NCBI GenBank assembly: GCA_963422735.1
Contig: OY730476.1
Location: 4,672,001-4,736,000, forward strand
From: Candidatus Latescibacterota bacterium
GTDB lineage: Bacteria; Latescibacterota; UBA2968; UBA8231
Length of the DNA: 64,000 nt
Direction: 5' to 3'
The notes under the pieces were generated by a model. It did no database searches, was not told the DNA's origin, and saw only the letters and a program-made list of their open reading frames with translations. Position 1 is the stretch's first letter, and every line of letters begins with the position of its first letter. Below are positions 10,108 to 20,222 of the stretch, piece by piece. The position numbers and the translations under genes are program-made.

Positions 10108-11448
10108 ATGCAGGTCGATCCTTCCATCTTCAAAGCCTACGATATCCGCGGTATCTATCCCGACCCTCTGAGCGAAGGCGCGGCCTACGCCATAGGCCGC
10201 GCCTTTGTGGCACTGCTCAAGTGCGAGGAGGTTGTCGTGGGGCGCGACATGCGCCTTTCGAGCCCGGCCATAAAAGAGCATCTCTTGCGCGGCCTCGTCG
10301 ATCAAGGCGCGGACGTCATCGACATCGGCATGGTCGGCACCGATCAGTACTACTATGCCTGCGCCACCTTGGACCGCCCAGGCGTGATGGTGACGGCTTC
10401 GCACAATCCGCCCGAATACTGCGGCTTCAAGATGGTGCGCCAAATGCCCTATTTGCTCAGCGGCGAATCCGGAATCCAAGACCTGCGCCGTCTCGTGGCG
10501 GAAGAAAGTTGGGGCTCGGTTCGGAGGCGGGGTGCGGTTCGGGCCGAGGACGTGGCGGAGGGCTTTATCGACAAGGTGTTGAGCCTCGTAGATCCGGCCC
10601 GCATCAAGCCGCTCAAGGTGGTGGCCGACACGGGCAACGGCATGGTCGGGCCGATCCTGCAAAACGTGTACGAGCGGCTGCCCATCGAGTTTATCGGTCT
10701 GTACCTAGAGCCGGATGGCCACCTGCCCAACCACGGCCTCGACCCCATGCAGCCGGAAAATCGCGCCGACTTGGAGCGCCGCGTCCTAGCCGAAGGCGCG
10801 GACGTCGGCTTTGCCTTTGACGGCGACGGCGACCGCTTCTTCATCATCGATGACCGAGGCCGCTTTGTGCCCGGCGACTTTGCGACCGCGCTGATGGCCT
10901 GCTACATGCTAGAGCAGTATCCCGGCGCCAAGATCGCGTACGACGTGCGCTGCTCGTGGGCCGTGCCCGACCTCGTAAAAGCGGCCGGTGGCACCCCGCT
11001 GATCGAGCGCGTCGGCCATTCGTTCCTCAAGCCGCGGATGTTTGAGGAAGGAGCCGTTTTCGCCGGCGAGCTGAGTGGTCATTACTACTTCCGCGACTTT
11101 TTTGGCGCGGATTCCGGCATCGTGCCGTCGCTGGTGATGCTAAAGTTGCTATCGCAGCGCGGGGTTAAGCTCTCCGAGCTGCTCGCTCCGCTAGAGCACC
11201 AGTACTTCCCGTCCTCTGAGATCAACTCCGAGGTCGCGGATCCCGCCGCCAAAATCGCGGCTCTGGCCAACCGCTATAAAGACGGCCACATCCTGCGTCT
11301 CGACGGGATTTCGGTCAGGTACGACGACTGGCACTTCAACGTGCGACCCTCCAATACCGAGCCGCTGTTGCGACTCAACTTAGAGGCCCTCTCCGCAGAG
11401 CGCATGGCCGAGAAGCGGGACGAGGTACTGGCCTTTATTCGCTCGTGA
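10108..11448 (+). CDS. manB: Phosphomannomutase/phosphoglucomutase
   Basis: FKAYDIRG, TASHNP, DGDGDR, GELSGH and RPSNTEP motifs. Confidence 0.92.
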   Translation: MQVDPSIFKAYDIRGIYPDPLSEGAAYAIGRAFVALLKCEEVVVGRDMRLSSPAIKEHLLRGLVDQGADVIDIGMVGTDQYYYACATLDRPGVMVTASHNPPEYCGFKMVRQMPYLLSGESGIQDLRRLVAEESWGSVRRRGAVRAEDVAEGFIDKVLSLVDPARIKPLKVVADTGNGMVGPILQNVYERLPIEFIGLYLEPDGHLPNHGLDPMQPENRADLERRVLAEGADVGFAFDGDGDRFFIIDDRGRFVPGDFATALMACYMLEQYPGAKIAYDVRCSWAVPDLVKAAGGTPLIERVGHSFLKPRMFEEGAVFAGELSGHYYFRDFFGADSGIVPSLVMLKLLSQRGVKLSELLAPLEHQYFPSSEINSEVADPAAKIAALANRYKDGHILRLDGISVRYDDWHFNVRPSNTEPLLRLNLEALSAERMAEKRDEVLAFIRS

Positions 11449-11454
11449 TGTGAC

Positions 11455-12906
11455 ATGACTCAACTGGTCCAACAGCGTGCGTATTTGACCAAAATAGGCT
11501 ACAAAGGGTTTGCTGTTTTTCTACTAGTCCAAGTAGCGGTTTTGGTCTGTTTTCTCTTTTTGCCGCGCGAACAGGCATTATGGAGCTTGGGGGGAGCGGC
11601 ACTTGTCATCGCGTTAGTTCTCGCGTTGTTATTTCTGACTATATATCCTTGGCTCGTGCTCCCGGTAATCATTGTCACCACAGCCTTGGATTCGGCCGGG
11701 CGCGTCATCCAAACAACCGCCTTCGGGGTGTCGGTTACCGGCTTTCATCTATCGTTTGTCCTGCTCTGCGTCGCGTTAGCCAGCCACATTTTCCTGCAAA
11801 AGCGTCGTATTTTCCCACCGCTCGAAATACAAGCACCCCTAGTGCTGTTTCTCGGTTGTATGGCGGTCTCCCTCACTTATTCGCCCAACCAACCAGAAGC
11901 CACGATCAGTTTCTTCCGCATCGTCTTTCTAGCCTTGTTTCTCTATCTGACCCAAATTCTCATCGACTCGCGTCGCGTTCTCAACCTGACGATCGCGTCG
12001 CTGGGAATAGTCTTGACGGGCGCGTCCATCCTAGCCGTGTTCCAGATCATCTCGGAACGATTCTACCTGCCGGCGAGCGTGGTTTCTAGCGTGGGAGCCA
12101 ATATGCCGCGCGCTTCTGGGACCTATCACAACCCCAACATCTTCGGCACCTTTCTCGCCGTGAGTATCCTCTTCATGGCCGGGATTTTCCTAGTGCCCAA
12201 GCTGCGCTGGTGGAAGCGGTGCCTGTTGCTGCTGGCTATTGGGCTGGGGGCCACGGCGTTGGTCATCACCTTCAGCCGAGGCAGTTGGGTCGCGCTGTTC
12301 GTGGGCGTGGTCGCGCTGCTGTTTTTGGCTGGTAAGCTGCGCTATCTCTTTTACGTCGCGATAGCGTTTTGCGTCGCCATCTTGATAGTGAAAAACTACG
12401 TTCCTTTTGCCGCGTACATTGTCGAGCGGTTCTATTCTATCTTCTCGCTATTTGCGGAGTTTGGGGCCGACAGCCGGGTTTCGAGTACCGCGCGGGTTTA
12501 CTTTGTTATCGCCGGGTTAAAAATGTTCTTGGCGCATCCTTTGCTCGGGGTCGGATGGCGTGGTTTTCCGGTCGTCTTCCAAGACTACAAGCCAGAAGGG
12601 TTCCCCCACTGGCTGCCGACGCGAGAGTCGCATACCCTGTTTGCGACAATCCTCGCGGAACTCGGGATCGTGGGGATGATAGCCGCTATCTGGGTCGTCT
12701 GGCGCATCTTGGCTTTTGCCTTCTACCATATAAAGCGCATGCAGGACGAGTACTTGCGCAGTGTGATGATCGCTCTCGTCGCAATTTTCGTCACCTTCCA
12801 AGTCAGCCTTACCTTCACCGGCGAGTTTCCCAACAATTTCTTGTGGATGTTCACGGGAATCATGTTTGCCGTACCAGCCCTAGAAAAACGCGAGGCACCT
12901 ACGTGA
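11455..12906 (+). CDS. O-antigen ligase/polymerase-like (Wzy_C) membrane protein
   Basis: Many TM segments; RASGTYHNPN, TFSRGSW, HPLLGVGW and SHTLF...LAELGIVG. Confidence 0.85.
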   Translation: MTQLVQQRAYLTKIGYKGFAVFLLVQVAVLVCFLFLPREQALWSLGGAALVIALVLALLFLTIYPWLVLPVIIVTTALDSAGRVIQTTAFGVSVTGFHLSFVLLCVALASHIFLQKRRIFPPLEIQAPLVLFLGCMAVSLTYSPNQPEATISFFRIVFLALFLYLTQILIDSRRVLNLTIASLGIVLTGASILAVFQIISERFYLPASVVSSVGANMPRASGTYHNPNIFGTFLAVSILFMAGIFLVPKLRWWKRCLLLLAIGLGATALVITFSRGSWVALFVGVVALLFLAGKLRYLFYVAIAFCVAILIVKNYVPFAAYIVERFYSIFSLFAEFGADSRVSSTARVYFVIAGLKMFLAHPLLGVGWRGFPVVFQDYKPEGFPHWLPTRESHTLFATILAELGIVGMIAAIWVVWRILAFAFYHIKRMQDEYLRSVMIALVAIFVTFQVSLTFTGEFPNNFLWMFTGIMFAVPALEKREAPT

Positions 12907-14060
12907 AGCTCTTAGTACTATCGCATCTTTATCCCAACCCCATTTCTAAAATGTACGGCAGTTTCGTCCACAACCAGCTGCGCTTCCTCAAGGACTATTG
13001 TCAGGTAGAGGTTGTCGCCCCGGTGCCTTGGTTTCCCTTGCCGGGATTTGGTTTGTGGAGTGCCTACCGCCGCATCCCTCGCCTCGATGTGCTAGACGGA
13101 ATCCGAGTGCGGTACCCTCGCCGCCTCGCCTTGCCGCGCCGGATTCTCTTTACCCAGTTGTGGCGTTTTCACCTCAAGGCCTTGCTTAACTCTATTGAGT
13201 GTATGCCGGACATCATACACGCGCACTGCGCCTATCCCGACGGTCGAGCCGCTATTGAGTACGGCTCACAAACCGGTCGGCCCGTAGTCATCACGGTCCA
13301 CGGTTCCGACATTAAGATCCTGCCCAGGCTCAAGTCCCAATGGCGGCAACTGATCGTTGAGGCCCTAAGGCAGGCTGCGGCCGTCATTGCCGTCAGCCAA
13401 GATCTCCGCAATGAAGTCCTGCACTTGGGCGTCCGTGCCGACAAGGTCCGCTGCATTCCCAACGGCGTTGATTGCCGGCTCTTTTGCGGCGGTGGCTCGC
13501 GGCGGCCCGGAGCAGGGAGGTGGCGTCTTCTCTATGTGGGGCGGTTCGTCGAGGCAAAGGGATTGCGCGTCTTGCTGGCGGCACTGGCTAAAGTGCGCAG
13601 TCAGGGCTGCGACGTCTCGCTGACCTTGGTCGGCGGCCACCCTGCAACTGGGACAGCCCATCCTTTCCTAGCTCAAGTCAACGCCTTGAACCTGTCCGCG
13701 CATGTGTCGTTTGAGGACGCGGTACCTTGGGAGGAACTACCCTCCTATATGGCCGCCGCTGATTTGTTCGTTTTGCCCAGTTTCAGCGAGGGCCTGACCA
13801 CCTCGCTCGTCGAGGCTATGGCCTGTGGTCTGCCCGTGGTCGCCACGCGCTGCGGTGGGCCGGAGGAGGTCGTCAATGAAGAGGTCGGACGGCTAGTGGT
13901 GGTCGGCGACGCGGAGGACTTCGCGACGGGTATCCTCGCGGTTATAGACGGATACGACTGCTACGACCGCGAGGCGATCCGGCGGCAGGCCGAGGTGCGC
14001 TACGACTATCGCCGGGTGGCGGCGCGGATCCACGAGCTGTACGAGGACGTGCTGCGTTAG
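12903..14060 (+). CDS. GT4 glycosyltransferase (TuaC-like)
   Basis: GTG start overlapping the upstream TGA; HAHCAYPDG, TVHGSD, PNGVD and EGL...EAMACGLPVV. Confidence 0.9.
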   Translation: MKLLVLSHLYPNPISKMYGSFVHNQLRFLKDYCQVEVVAPVPWFPLPGFGLWSAYRRIPRLDVLDGIRVRYPRRLALPRRILFTQLWRFHLKALLNSIECMPDIIHAHCAYPDGRAAIEYGSQTGRPVVITVHGSDIKILPRLKSQWRQLIVEALRQAAAVIAVSQDLRNEVLHLGVRADKVRCIPNGVDCRLFCGGGSRRPGAGRWRLLYVGRFVEAKGLRVLLAALAKVRSQGCDVSLTLVGGHPATGTAHPFLAQVNALNLSAHVSFEDAVPWEELPSYMAAADLFVLPSFSEGLTTSLVEAMACGLPVVATRCGGPEEVVNEEVGRLVVVGDAEDFATGILAVIDGYDCYDREAIRRQAEVRYDYRRVAARIHELYEDVLR

Positions 14061-14147
14061 GTCTGCTGAGGATTTTCTAGTTGGGCGACCACCAGAGCCA
14101 GATATGCTTTGGGGCGCGGGTCAGGCCGGCAAAAGCGGGGTCGTCGC

Positions 14148-15242
14148 TTATTGTAAAATTTTTGCGTACAAGTTCAGCAGCTTCTCCGCCTGCGTTCCCC
14201 AATTGTACGTCGTCCGCGCGGCCTCGCAGCCGTTTTCCCCCATTCGCTGCGCTATTTGTGGATGTTCCCACAAATAGCGCACGGCCGCGGCCGCCGCGGC
14301 TGGGTCTTGTGGATCGACGCAGAGGCCGCACTCGGCTCCTTCGACGATCTGGCGCAAGTTGGGAAAGTCCGCGCAGAGGACCGGGATGCCGTAGGCCATG
14401 TACTCGAAAATTTTGGTCAGCTCCTTGCGGCGGGTGTGCGGGCTAGGCGGGAAAAGGGCTAAGCCCGCGGTCCAGCGCTCGCGGAGATAGTAGCGCACGA
14501 TGCGCTGGTGGGGCACGTACGAACCAATGCCTTCAAAGTGGAGGCGCGGAGCGCGCAAGTCCGCGGCGAGCTGCGGGCTGCAGCGGCCGATGAGGAAAAG
14601 CTCGGCTTCGGGCACGTCCTGCAAAAGCCGTGCGTGGTGGTTCGCACCGCGGTACGCCTTGACGTTGCCGGTGTAGATCAGGCGCGGATGCCCGGCGCTG
14701 GGGCGGGCCGCAAGTTGGGCAGGGTCCACTTCCGGCAAGCGCGTGTAGTTGAGAACCGTCGCGCCGCGCGGGAAGCGTTCGGCGTAGTAGCGCTCGGCCA
14801 AGACGAGATGAAAAAAGCGGCTCGCACCTTGTTCGGCCCAAGCGACTGCTTGCGCGAGCACTGTGCGCAAAAAGGCCGGAAGATATTCGCGCTCCTCAAT
14901 GGCAGTGCGGTTGTCTTCGTGGATGTCGTACACGACGCGCTTGCCGAGCAGACGGAGGAGGAGACCGACGGGAATGAGTTCCGGGTCGTGGAAGTGATAG
15001 AGATCTGCGCGCGTGGCTAAGGCCCGCCAAAAGGCCGCGCCCACGCCTAAGCTCATGCGAGTGAGCCGTTTGCCGCAGTGGGGTAGAAAGATGAACTCGA
15101 CGCCGTCAACCGGCCTGTTGCTTCCGCCGGGGGCCACGAGCACCACGTCGTACCCGGCTGCGGCCAAGGTTTTGCATTCGCGGTAAAAGATGCGGTTGTC
15201 AAAGGGGTTGTGGACGGTGGTGAGGTGGACGACCCTAGGCAT
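14148..15242 (-). CDS. GT4 glycosyltransferase
   Basis: HLTTVH..DNRIF, YHFHDPEL, YDIHED and KIFEYMAYGIPV. Confidence 0.9.
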   Translation of the reverse strand: MPRVVHLTTVHNPFDNRIFYRECKTLAAAGYDVVLVAPGGSNRPVDGVEFIFLPHCGKRLTRMSLGVGAAFWRALATRADLYHFHDPELIPVGLLLRLLGKRVVYDIHEDNRTAIEEREYLPAFLRTVLAQAVAWAEQGASRFFHLVLAERYYAERFPRGATVLNYTRLPEVDPAQLAARPSAGHPRLIYTGNVKAYRGANHHARLLQDVPEAELFLIGRCSPQLAADLRAPRLHFEGIGSYVPHQRIVRYYLRERWTAGLALFPPSPHTRRKELTKIFEYMAYGIPVLCADFPNLRQIVEGAECGLCVDPQDPAAAAAAVRYLWEHPQIAQRMGENGCEAARTTYNWGTQAEKLLNLYAKILQ

Positions 15243-15352
15243 GGCTAATCCCATTAAGCTCGAGCAGCGCACGGTTGCGTAAATGACTACAAATGACGAA
15301 AATATAATAAGATAAGATATGTCGTAACACTGTTTTCTACCGCTGGGCTCCC

Positions 15353-16492
15353 ATGCTCATTGCCGTTTTTTGGGCCGCTTTATTCCTCATCGTCTATACC
15401 TATCTAATCTATCCGGTTTTGCTCTGGCTCTTGGCGACCGGCCGCAAGATACCCGAGTACGCGCCGCTTAGCGAATGGCCTGCGGCGTCGCTGATCATTG
15501 CCGCGCGCAACGAAGAAGCCGTATTGAGCGCCAAGTTAGAAAACGCGCTGGCCATGGATTATCCGGCCGAGCGGCTCGACATCATCGTCGTCTCAGACGC
15601 CTCGACCGATGGCACCGACCGCATTGCCGCTGAATTCGCCGCGCGCGGGGTGCGGCTGCACCGGCAGGAGGTCCGCAGCGGCAAGACCGAGGCGCAAAAC
15701 GCGGGTGTGCGCTTGGCGCGGGGGCAGTTTCTCGCGTTCTCAGACGCCAACAGCATGTACGCGCCCAGTGCGCTCAAGCGGCTGTTGGCACCCTTTGCAG
15801 ACGAGCGGATCGGTTGCGTCTGCGGCGAGCTGCGATACGCCAACCCGGACGACCAAGGTGCTGGCAAGGGCGAAGGCTTGTACTGGCGCTACGAGCAGTT
15901 TCTCAAGCGCCGGGAGAGCATGATCAGCTCCACGCTGGGTGCCAATGGAGCGATCTACGCGCTCCGGCGCGAGCTGTTCGTCGAGCTACGCGGCGACATT
16001 ATCAGCGACTTTGTCGCGCCTTTGCACGCCTGGCAGCGCGGCTTTCGCATCGCGTACGAGCCAAAGGCCGTTGCCACCGAATACAGCAGCGTCCGCTTTG
16101 GCGACGAGTTCCGCCGCCGCCGCCGCATTGTGTCGCGCTCGCTCTACGGGCTGTGGACCGAGGCCGGTGTGCTCAACCCTTTCGCGCACTTTTTCTTTGC
16201 GTTTCAGATGTTTTCCCACAAGCTGCTCCGCTGGCTCGCGCCGGTGTGGCTTTTGGTGGTGCTCGCGGTCAATATCTCGTTGGCCGCGAGCGAGTACTAC
16301 GGCCTCTTGCTCGCGCTGCAAGTCGCTTGCTACGGCTTGGCCGCCTTGGGCCTCTTGCTGCCGGAGTGGCTCGGGCGGTATTGGCTTTTCTACGTGCCGG
16401 CCTATTTCGTCGCCGCCAATTGGGGCACCTTGCTGGGGCTGCTGAGCTTCCTAATGGGTCGCCGCCACCGCGTCTGGCAGCCCGCGAGGTAA
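15353..16492 (+). CDS. GT2 glycosyltransferase with C-terminal TM helices
   Basis: IAARNEE, SDASTDGT, FSDAN, YWRYE, GANGAIYA and HKLLRW. Confidence 0.9.
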   Translation: MLIAVFWAALFLIVYTYLIYPVLLWLLATGRKIPEYAPLSEWPAASLIIAARNEEAVLSAKLENALAMDYPAERLDIIVVSDASTDGTDRIAAEFAARGVRLHRQEVRSGKTEAQNAGVRLARGQFLAFSDANSMYAPSALKRLLAPFADERIGCVCGELRYANPDDQGAGKGEGLYWRYEQFLKRRESMISSTLGANGAIYALRRELFVELRGDIISDFVAPLHAWQRGFRIAYEPKAVATEYSSVRFGDEFRRRRRIVSRSLYGLWTEAGVLNPFAHFFFAFQMFSHKLLRWLAPVWLLVVLAVNISLAASEYYGLLLALQVACYGLAALGLLLPEWLGRYWLFYVPAYFVAANWGTLLGLLSFLMGRRHRVWQPAR

Positions 16493-16499
16493 AGCGTTT

Positions 16500-17954
16500 A
16501 TGTCGCGCCTAAAACGCGTCTTCCTGCTGCTGTTGAGCGACACAGCCGCCGTCAGTTTGGCGTCGGTTTTCTTTTTGTGGATGAAGTTGGCCAGTGGTGC
16601 GCTGGAGACCGTCCGCCACAACTACGCGCGGCTCTATCCAGACGCTGTGGACGGGCCGACCTTTTGGTATGCGCTGGGCTATTATTCGGACGTGCTGCCG
16701 CTGATAAGCGGCTGCTGGCTGCTGCTGTTCCTGTTCTTTGGCTTCTACCAATCCTCGCCCTCTAGCTCGCGCTTCGACGAAATTTTCGAGGTCGTCAAGG
16801 TCATTACCTTGGGCATCTTGTTGGCCATGGTCGCCACCTTTGACCGCGACATCCGCCTCACTCGGTTGCTGGTCTTGTTCTACTGGCTGGGCATGGTAGT
16901 GCTGGTGGCGGGCGGGCGGGTGCTGGTGCGCAGCTTTGAGCGGAAGCTCCTGCTGCGCGGCATTGGCCTGCGGCGCACGGCCATCGTGGGTGTGGATGTG
17001 CGCGGCATACGGCTGTTGCGCGCGTTGCGCTCGGCACCGGCTCAGGGGTATGAGGTCGTGGGTCTTGTGCGGGCGCGTGGAGAGGAAGAGCGCGAGGCCA
17101 TTGACGGCCTGCCCGTGCTCGGCGAAGTAGGGAATCTGCGAACCATCCTCGCGGCCGAGGGCATTGAGGCCGTGCTCATCGCCTTGCAATCCAATTCGCA
17201 CGAAGAGATCATGCAGATCGTCGAGGAGGCCGAGGGGCTGCCGGTCTCCTTCGGCATCACACCCGACCTGTACGACATTGTTACTGGCCACGTGCGCACG
17301 ACGCAGATTTACGGCGTGCCGCTGATGGAGCTCAAGCCCGAGCTGATGCCGGCTTGGCAGCGGACGGTCAAACGGCTCATCGACGTGGTGGTGGCCGTTG
17401 GCGTGCTCGCGGGCTTGGCTCCTTTGTGGCTGTTAGTGGCCGCGGCCATTAAGCTGACCTCCAAGGGGCCGATTTTCTTTCGCCAAGAGCGCGTCGGCGA
17501 GGGGGGCCGGACCTTTGCAATGCTCAAATTTCGCTCGATGTATATGGATGCCGAAAAAAAAACCGGCCCGGTGTGGGCCCAGGGCGAGGACCCGCGAGTT
17601 ACCCCGGTTGGCCGAGTGCTGCGCACCCTGCACTTAGACGAGGTTCCCCAGTGTATCAACTTCCTGCGCGGCGACATGAGCTTGGTCGGCCCGCGGCCCG
17701 AGCGTCCGTTTTTTGTCGAGCAGTTCAAGAAGCAGATTCCCTTGTACATGCGGCGTTTCAACGTCAAGCCCGGCCTGTTGGGTTGGGCGCAGTCCAAACA
17801 CGAGTTCGACCTCAATTCCAAGGACGTGGTGGGCATTGCCCGCGAGCGGCTGGAGTACGATTTCTACTACATCGAGAACATGACGCTCAAGCTGGACTTC
17901 AAGATCATGCTGCAAACGGTGTGGTTTGTGCTGACGGGCAAGAGTACGCGCTGA
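16500..17954 (+). CDS. Polyprenyl glycosylphosphotransferase (priming sugar transferase, WcaJ-like)
   Basis: KRLID, GPIFFRQERVG, KFRSM, DPRVT, LDEVPQ, GDMSLVGPRPER and VKPGLLGWAQ. Confidence 0.93.
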   Translation: MSRLKRVFLLLLSDTAAVSLASVFFLWMKLASGALETVRHNYARLYPDAVDGPTFWYALGYYSDVLPLISGCWLLLFLFFGFYQSSPSSSRFDEIFEVVKVITLGILLAMVATFDRDIRLTRLLVLFYWLGMVVLVAGGRVLVRSFERKLLLRGIGLRRTAIVGVDVRGIRLLRALRSAPAQGYEVVGLVRARGEEEREAIDGLPVLGEVGNLRTILAAEGIEAVLIALQSNSHEEIMQIVEEAEGLPVSFGITPDLYDIVTGHVRTTQIYGVPLMELKPELMPAWQRTVKRLIDVVVAVGVLAGLAPLWLLVAAAIKLTSKGPIFFRQERVGEGGRTFAMLKFRSMYMDAEKKTGPVWAQGEDPRVTPVGRVLRTLHLDEVPQCINFLRGDMSLVGPRPERPFFVEQFKKQIPLYMRRFNVKPGLLGWAQSKHEFDLNSKDVVGIARERLEYDFYYIENMTLKLDFKIMLQTVWFVLTGKSTR

Positions 17955-18005
17955 CCTATCCCTAGTGCGATAGCGAGACGACGAGCGGTTTTTCGACCTT
18001 AGCCC

Positions 18006-18400
18006 GGATCGGACGCGGGCTTACCCCAGCCCGGCGCTGTCGGTGCAGAGCTTTGCCAATGATTGGCTGGTGCCGCATCAACAGGACTACTTGGTAGTAG
18101 AAGAAGGGGCTCTCATCGGCATCGTGTCGCTGACGAAGCTGCGCTTCCTGCGCAAAGCTCTTGGGGGAATATGCCGCTGAGCGATGTGCTGCGCCGGAAC
18201 GTACCGCAGGCTTGGCCCGATGAGCCGATCGACGATGTGCTGGGGCGGATGGCGCACCACTCCCTGACGGTCATCCCAGTCATGGAGCGAGATTCGGGCA
18301 AATTCTTGGGCTCTTTCACCAGCCACGATGTCTTGGACTGATAGTGCTAATGAACGAAATCGAGGACGAAGTGCAGCAGCTAAATGCCGCTAGGGCCTGA
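18006..18400 (+). pseudogene. Frameshifted CBS-domain remnant, possibly the tail of an M50 protease-CBS gene
   Basis: CBS-like peptide spread over different frames (VVEEGALIGIVSL, PDEPIDDVLGRM..IPV..GKFLGSFTSHDVLD, LIVLMNEIE); no start codon. Confidence 0.55.
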
Positions 18401-18511
18401 GCCGCTTACTGGAACCGCTCAACGGCCGAGCCGATGCTTGAGCGGGGCGGCCTGCGATCATGGTCTGATTGACGAAGGGGAAATCCCGGATGTTTACCGG
18501 TGGCTTGCTTA

Positions 18512-18673
18512 GAGGCTCTAACCAAACGCCCGGCGTCGGTCCAAGCGCGAGCGAGCAAGGCCGGGGCCAAGGCACCCGACGAAGGGCCTATTGAACAATA
18601 GGCCGACCGAGGGGAACGCCGGCCCCGGCCGGCGCAGCCGCGCGACGCCAGCAGAGCGTTTGGTTAGAGCCTT
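18512..18673. mobile_element. MITE-like element (~162 bp)
   Basis: 17-bp perfect inverted repeat AGGCTCTAACCAAACGC (18513-18529 / 18656-18672); TTA on both flanks (18509-18511, 18674-18676); internal hairpin GGCCTATTG-AA-CAATAGGCC. Confidence 0.75.
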
Positions 18674-19355
18674 TTAGTCTGGTTGAGGAGTTGGTGTGCC
18701 TGCCAGCGAGCCGACCAGCACCATCCCTTCGCGCAATGCCTGTTGCACAAAGGAATTGCCCTCCTCCAGCGCAGCCAGTTCCTTGCGCGTGTATGCTATC
18801 ACATCGAGGCCCACGCCTACATCCACTGGTCGATAGCGCACCATCCGTTCAAAAACGGCTCGGCACTGCGGCTGACGACGATTAGCAGATCCGCATCGCT
18901 GCCCGGCACTGCATCCCCTCGCGCCAGTGAATCGAACAGCACGATCAATTCGATTTCAGGATAGCGTTCACTCAGTGCGTTGGCGGCATTCTTGAGACGC
19001 TCTACGAGCTGGGGGCGGTCCAGCACAGAGCCGATGACTTGGCCGGCGTGGACAAGCACACGGGGCGCTCCTTGTGGATGCGAATTGGGGTAGCGAGCAG
19101 GGATATAGTGTTTGTCTAGCGCTTTGGCGGCGTCCAGCAGCCGCTCATTGGGCTGAGCGACTCGTATAGCAGGGTCGCAACCGAATGCCCCCAAGCCACG
19201 CCGCCCGCCTTCTCTATAACCGCTTTAACGGATTTTTCCGCGCCTTGTTGGGCGGCAAAGCAGGCCCACTCATAGTCGCCAGCGTCGAGCGAGCGGCGTC
19301 CGTGGCCCAAGTCTCGCTGGCCCTGCTTTAGCCAGTCGTCATGTCGGCTTACCAT
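18674..19355 (-). pseudogene. Decayed HEPN + minimal nucleotidyltransferase (MNT) toxin-antitoxin pair
   Basis: HEPN part WACFAAQQGAEK..WGHS frameshifts to LDKHYIPARYPNSH; fused by an apparent deletion to MNT LFDSLARGD..GSDADLL, which frameshifts again before GLDVIAYT. Confidence 0.78.
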
Positions 19356-19431
19356 CTTAGCCCTCAATATTGCTCAATCTCGCTCGCTCAATGGCCTCGC
19401 CCCACGCTGGAGGGCTGCAGGTCTGGGTAGT

Positions 19432-20205
19432 CTAGACGCCGTGCGGGTTGGTGCGCAGGGTTTGGAGGTGGCCGGCGAGGACTTGCATGCCGTAGCGGAG
19501 GGCATTGCCGACGTTGAGGAAGCGATACCCCCAGCGAATCTTCTGTTGGATATGTTCTAATTCTGACAGCGTAGTGCCCACGGCGATCCCCGTGTCCGCT
19601 AGCTGTTGCGGCACGTCGCGCATGATTTTTTGCACTTGCCGCGACTCGGTATCGGTGATCGTTCCCACGGTCGCCGACAGGTCCAACGGCCCGACGAAAA
19701 GCACGTCGATGCCGGGCACGCGCTTGATTTCGTCCAAGTTGTCGTAGGCTCGCTGGCTTTCGAGTTGGAGGACGACGAGCGTCTCTTCATTGGCGGTTTT
19801 GATGACCTCGTTCCAGTCGGTGCCCGCGATTTGGGTCCACATGGGCGAGAGACCGCGCCGACCTTCGGGTGCGTAGCGGGCGGCCTCGACCGCGGCTGCC
19901 GCTTCTGCGGCCGTATCGACTTGCGGCACCATCACGGCCACTGCGCCGGCGTCATACGCTTTCTTGATCAGCGCAGGGTCGTTCCACGCGACGCGCACCA
20001 TGGGCGCGACGCCGCGCATCCGCGCCAGCACCAAGATCGAGTCGAGTGCTTCGGTGGCGTGGGGCATGTGTTCGGTGTCGGCCCAGAGGAAATCGGGGCC
20101 GGTGGCGATGACCGACCCGGCCACGTGTGGGGTGGGGGCCGGCAGGCTGGTACCGAGGACGATTTCGCCGCTTTGCAGACGCGCTTTTAGGTTGTTGGGA
20201 TACAT
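19432..20205 (-). CDS. HpcH/HpaI-family class II aldolase
   Basis: DTEH, VRV..ND, DAGA..VMVPQV, RYAPEGRRG, QLES and FVGPLDLS. Confidence 0.9.
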   Translation of the reverse strand: MYPNNLKARLQSGEIVLGTSLPAPTPHVAGSVIATGPDFLWADTEHMPHATEALDSILVLARMRGVAPMVRVAWNDPALIKKAYDAGAVAVMVPQVDTAAEAAAAVEAARYAPEGRRGLSPMWTQIAGTDWNEVIKTANEETLVVLQLESQRAYDNLDEIKRVPGIDVLFVGPLDLSATVGTITDTESRQVQKIMRDVPQQLADTGIAVGTTLSELEHIQQKIRWGYRFLNVGNALRYGMQVLAGHLQTLRTNPHGV

Positions 20206-20222
20206 GGATAGCTCCGTTGGAA

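Noticed and set aside
12369-12902. Long N-terminal extensions of the GT4 ORF (similarly ackA from 21970, sixA from 9153, FG-GAP gene from 35870)
   Set aside because: They overlap well-supported neighbours in other frames; family motifs begin at the downstream starts
18339-18344. TGA read-through in the CBS remnant
   Set aside because: It is followed immediately by in-frame TAG; the continuation needs a frameshift
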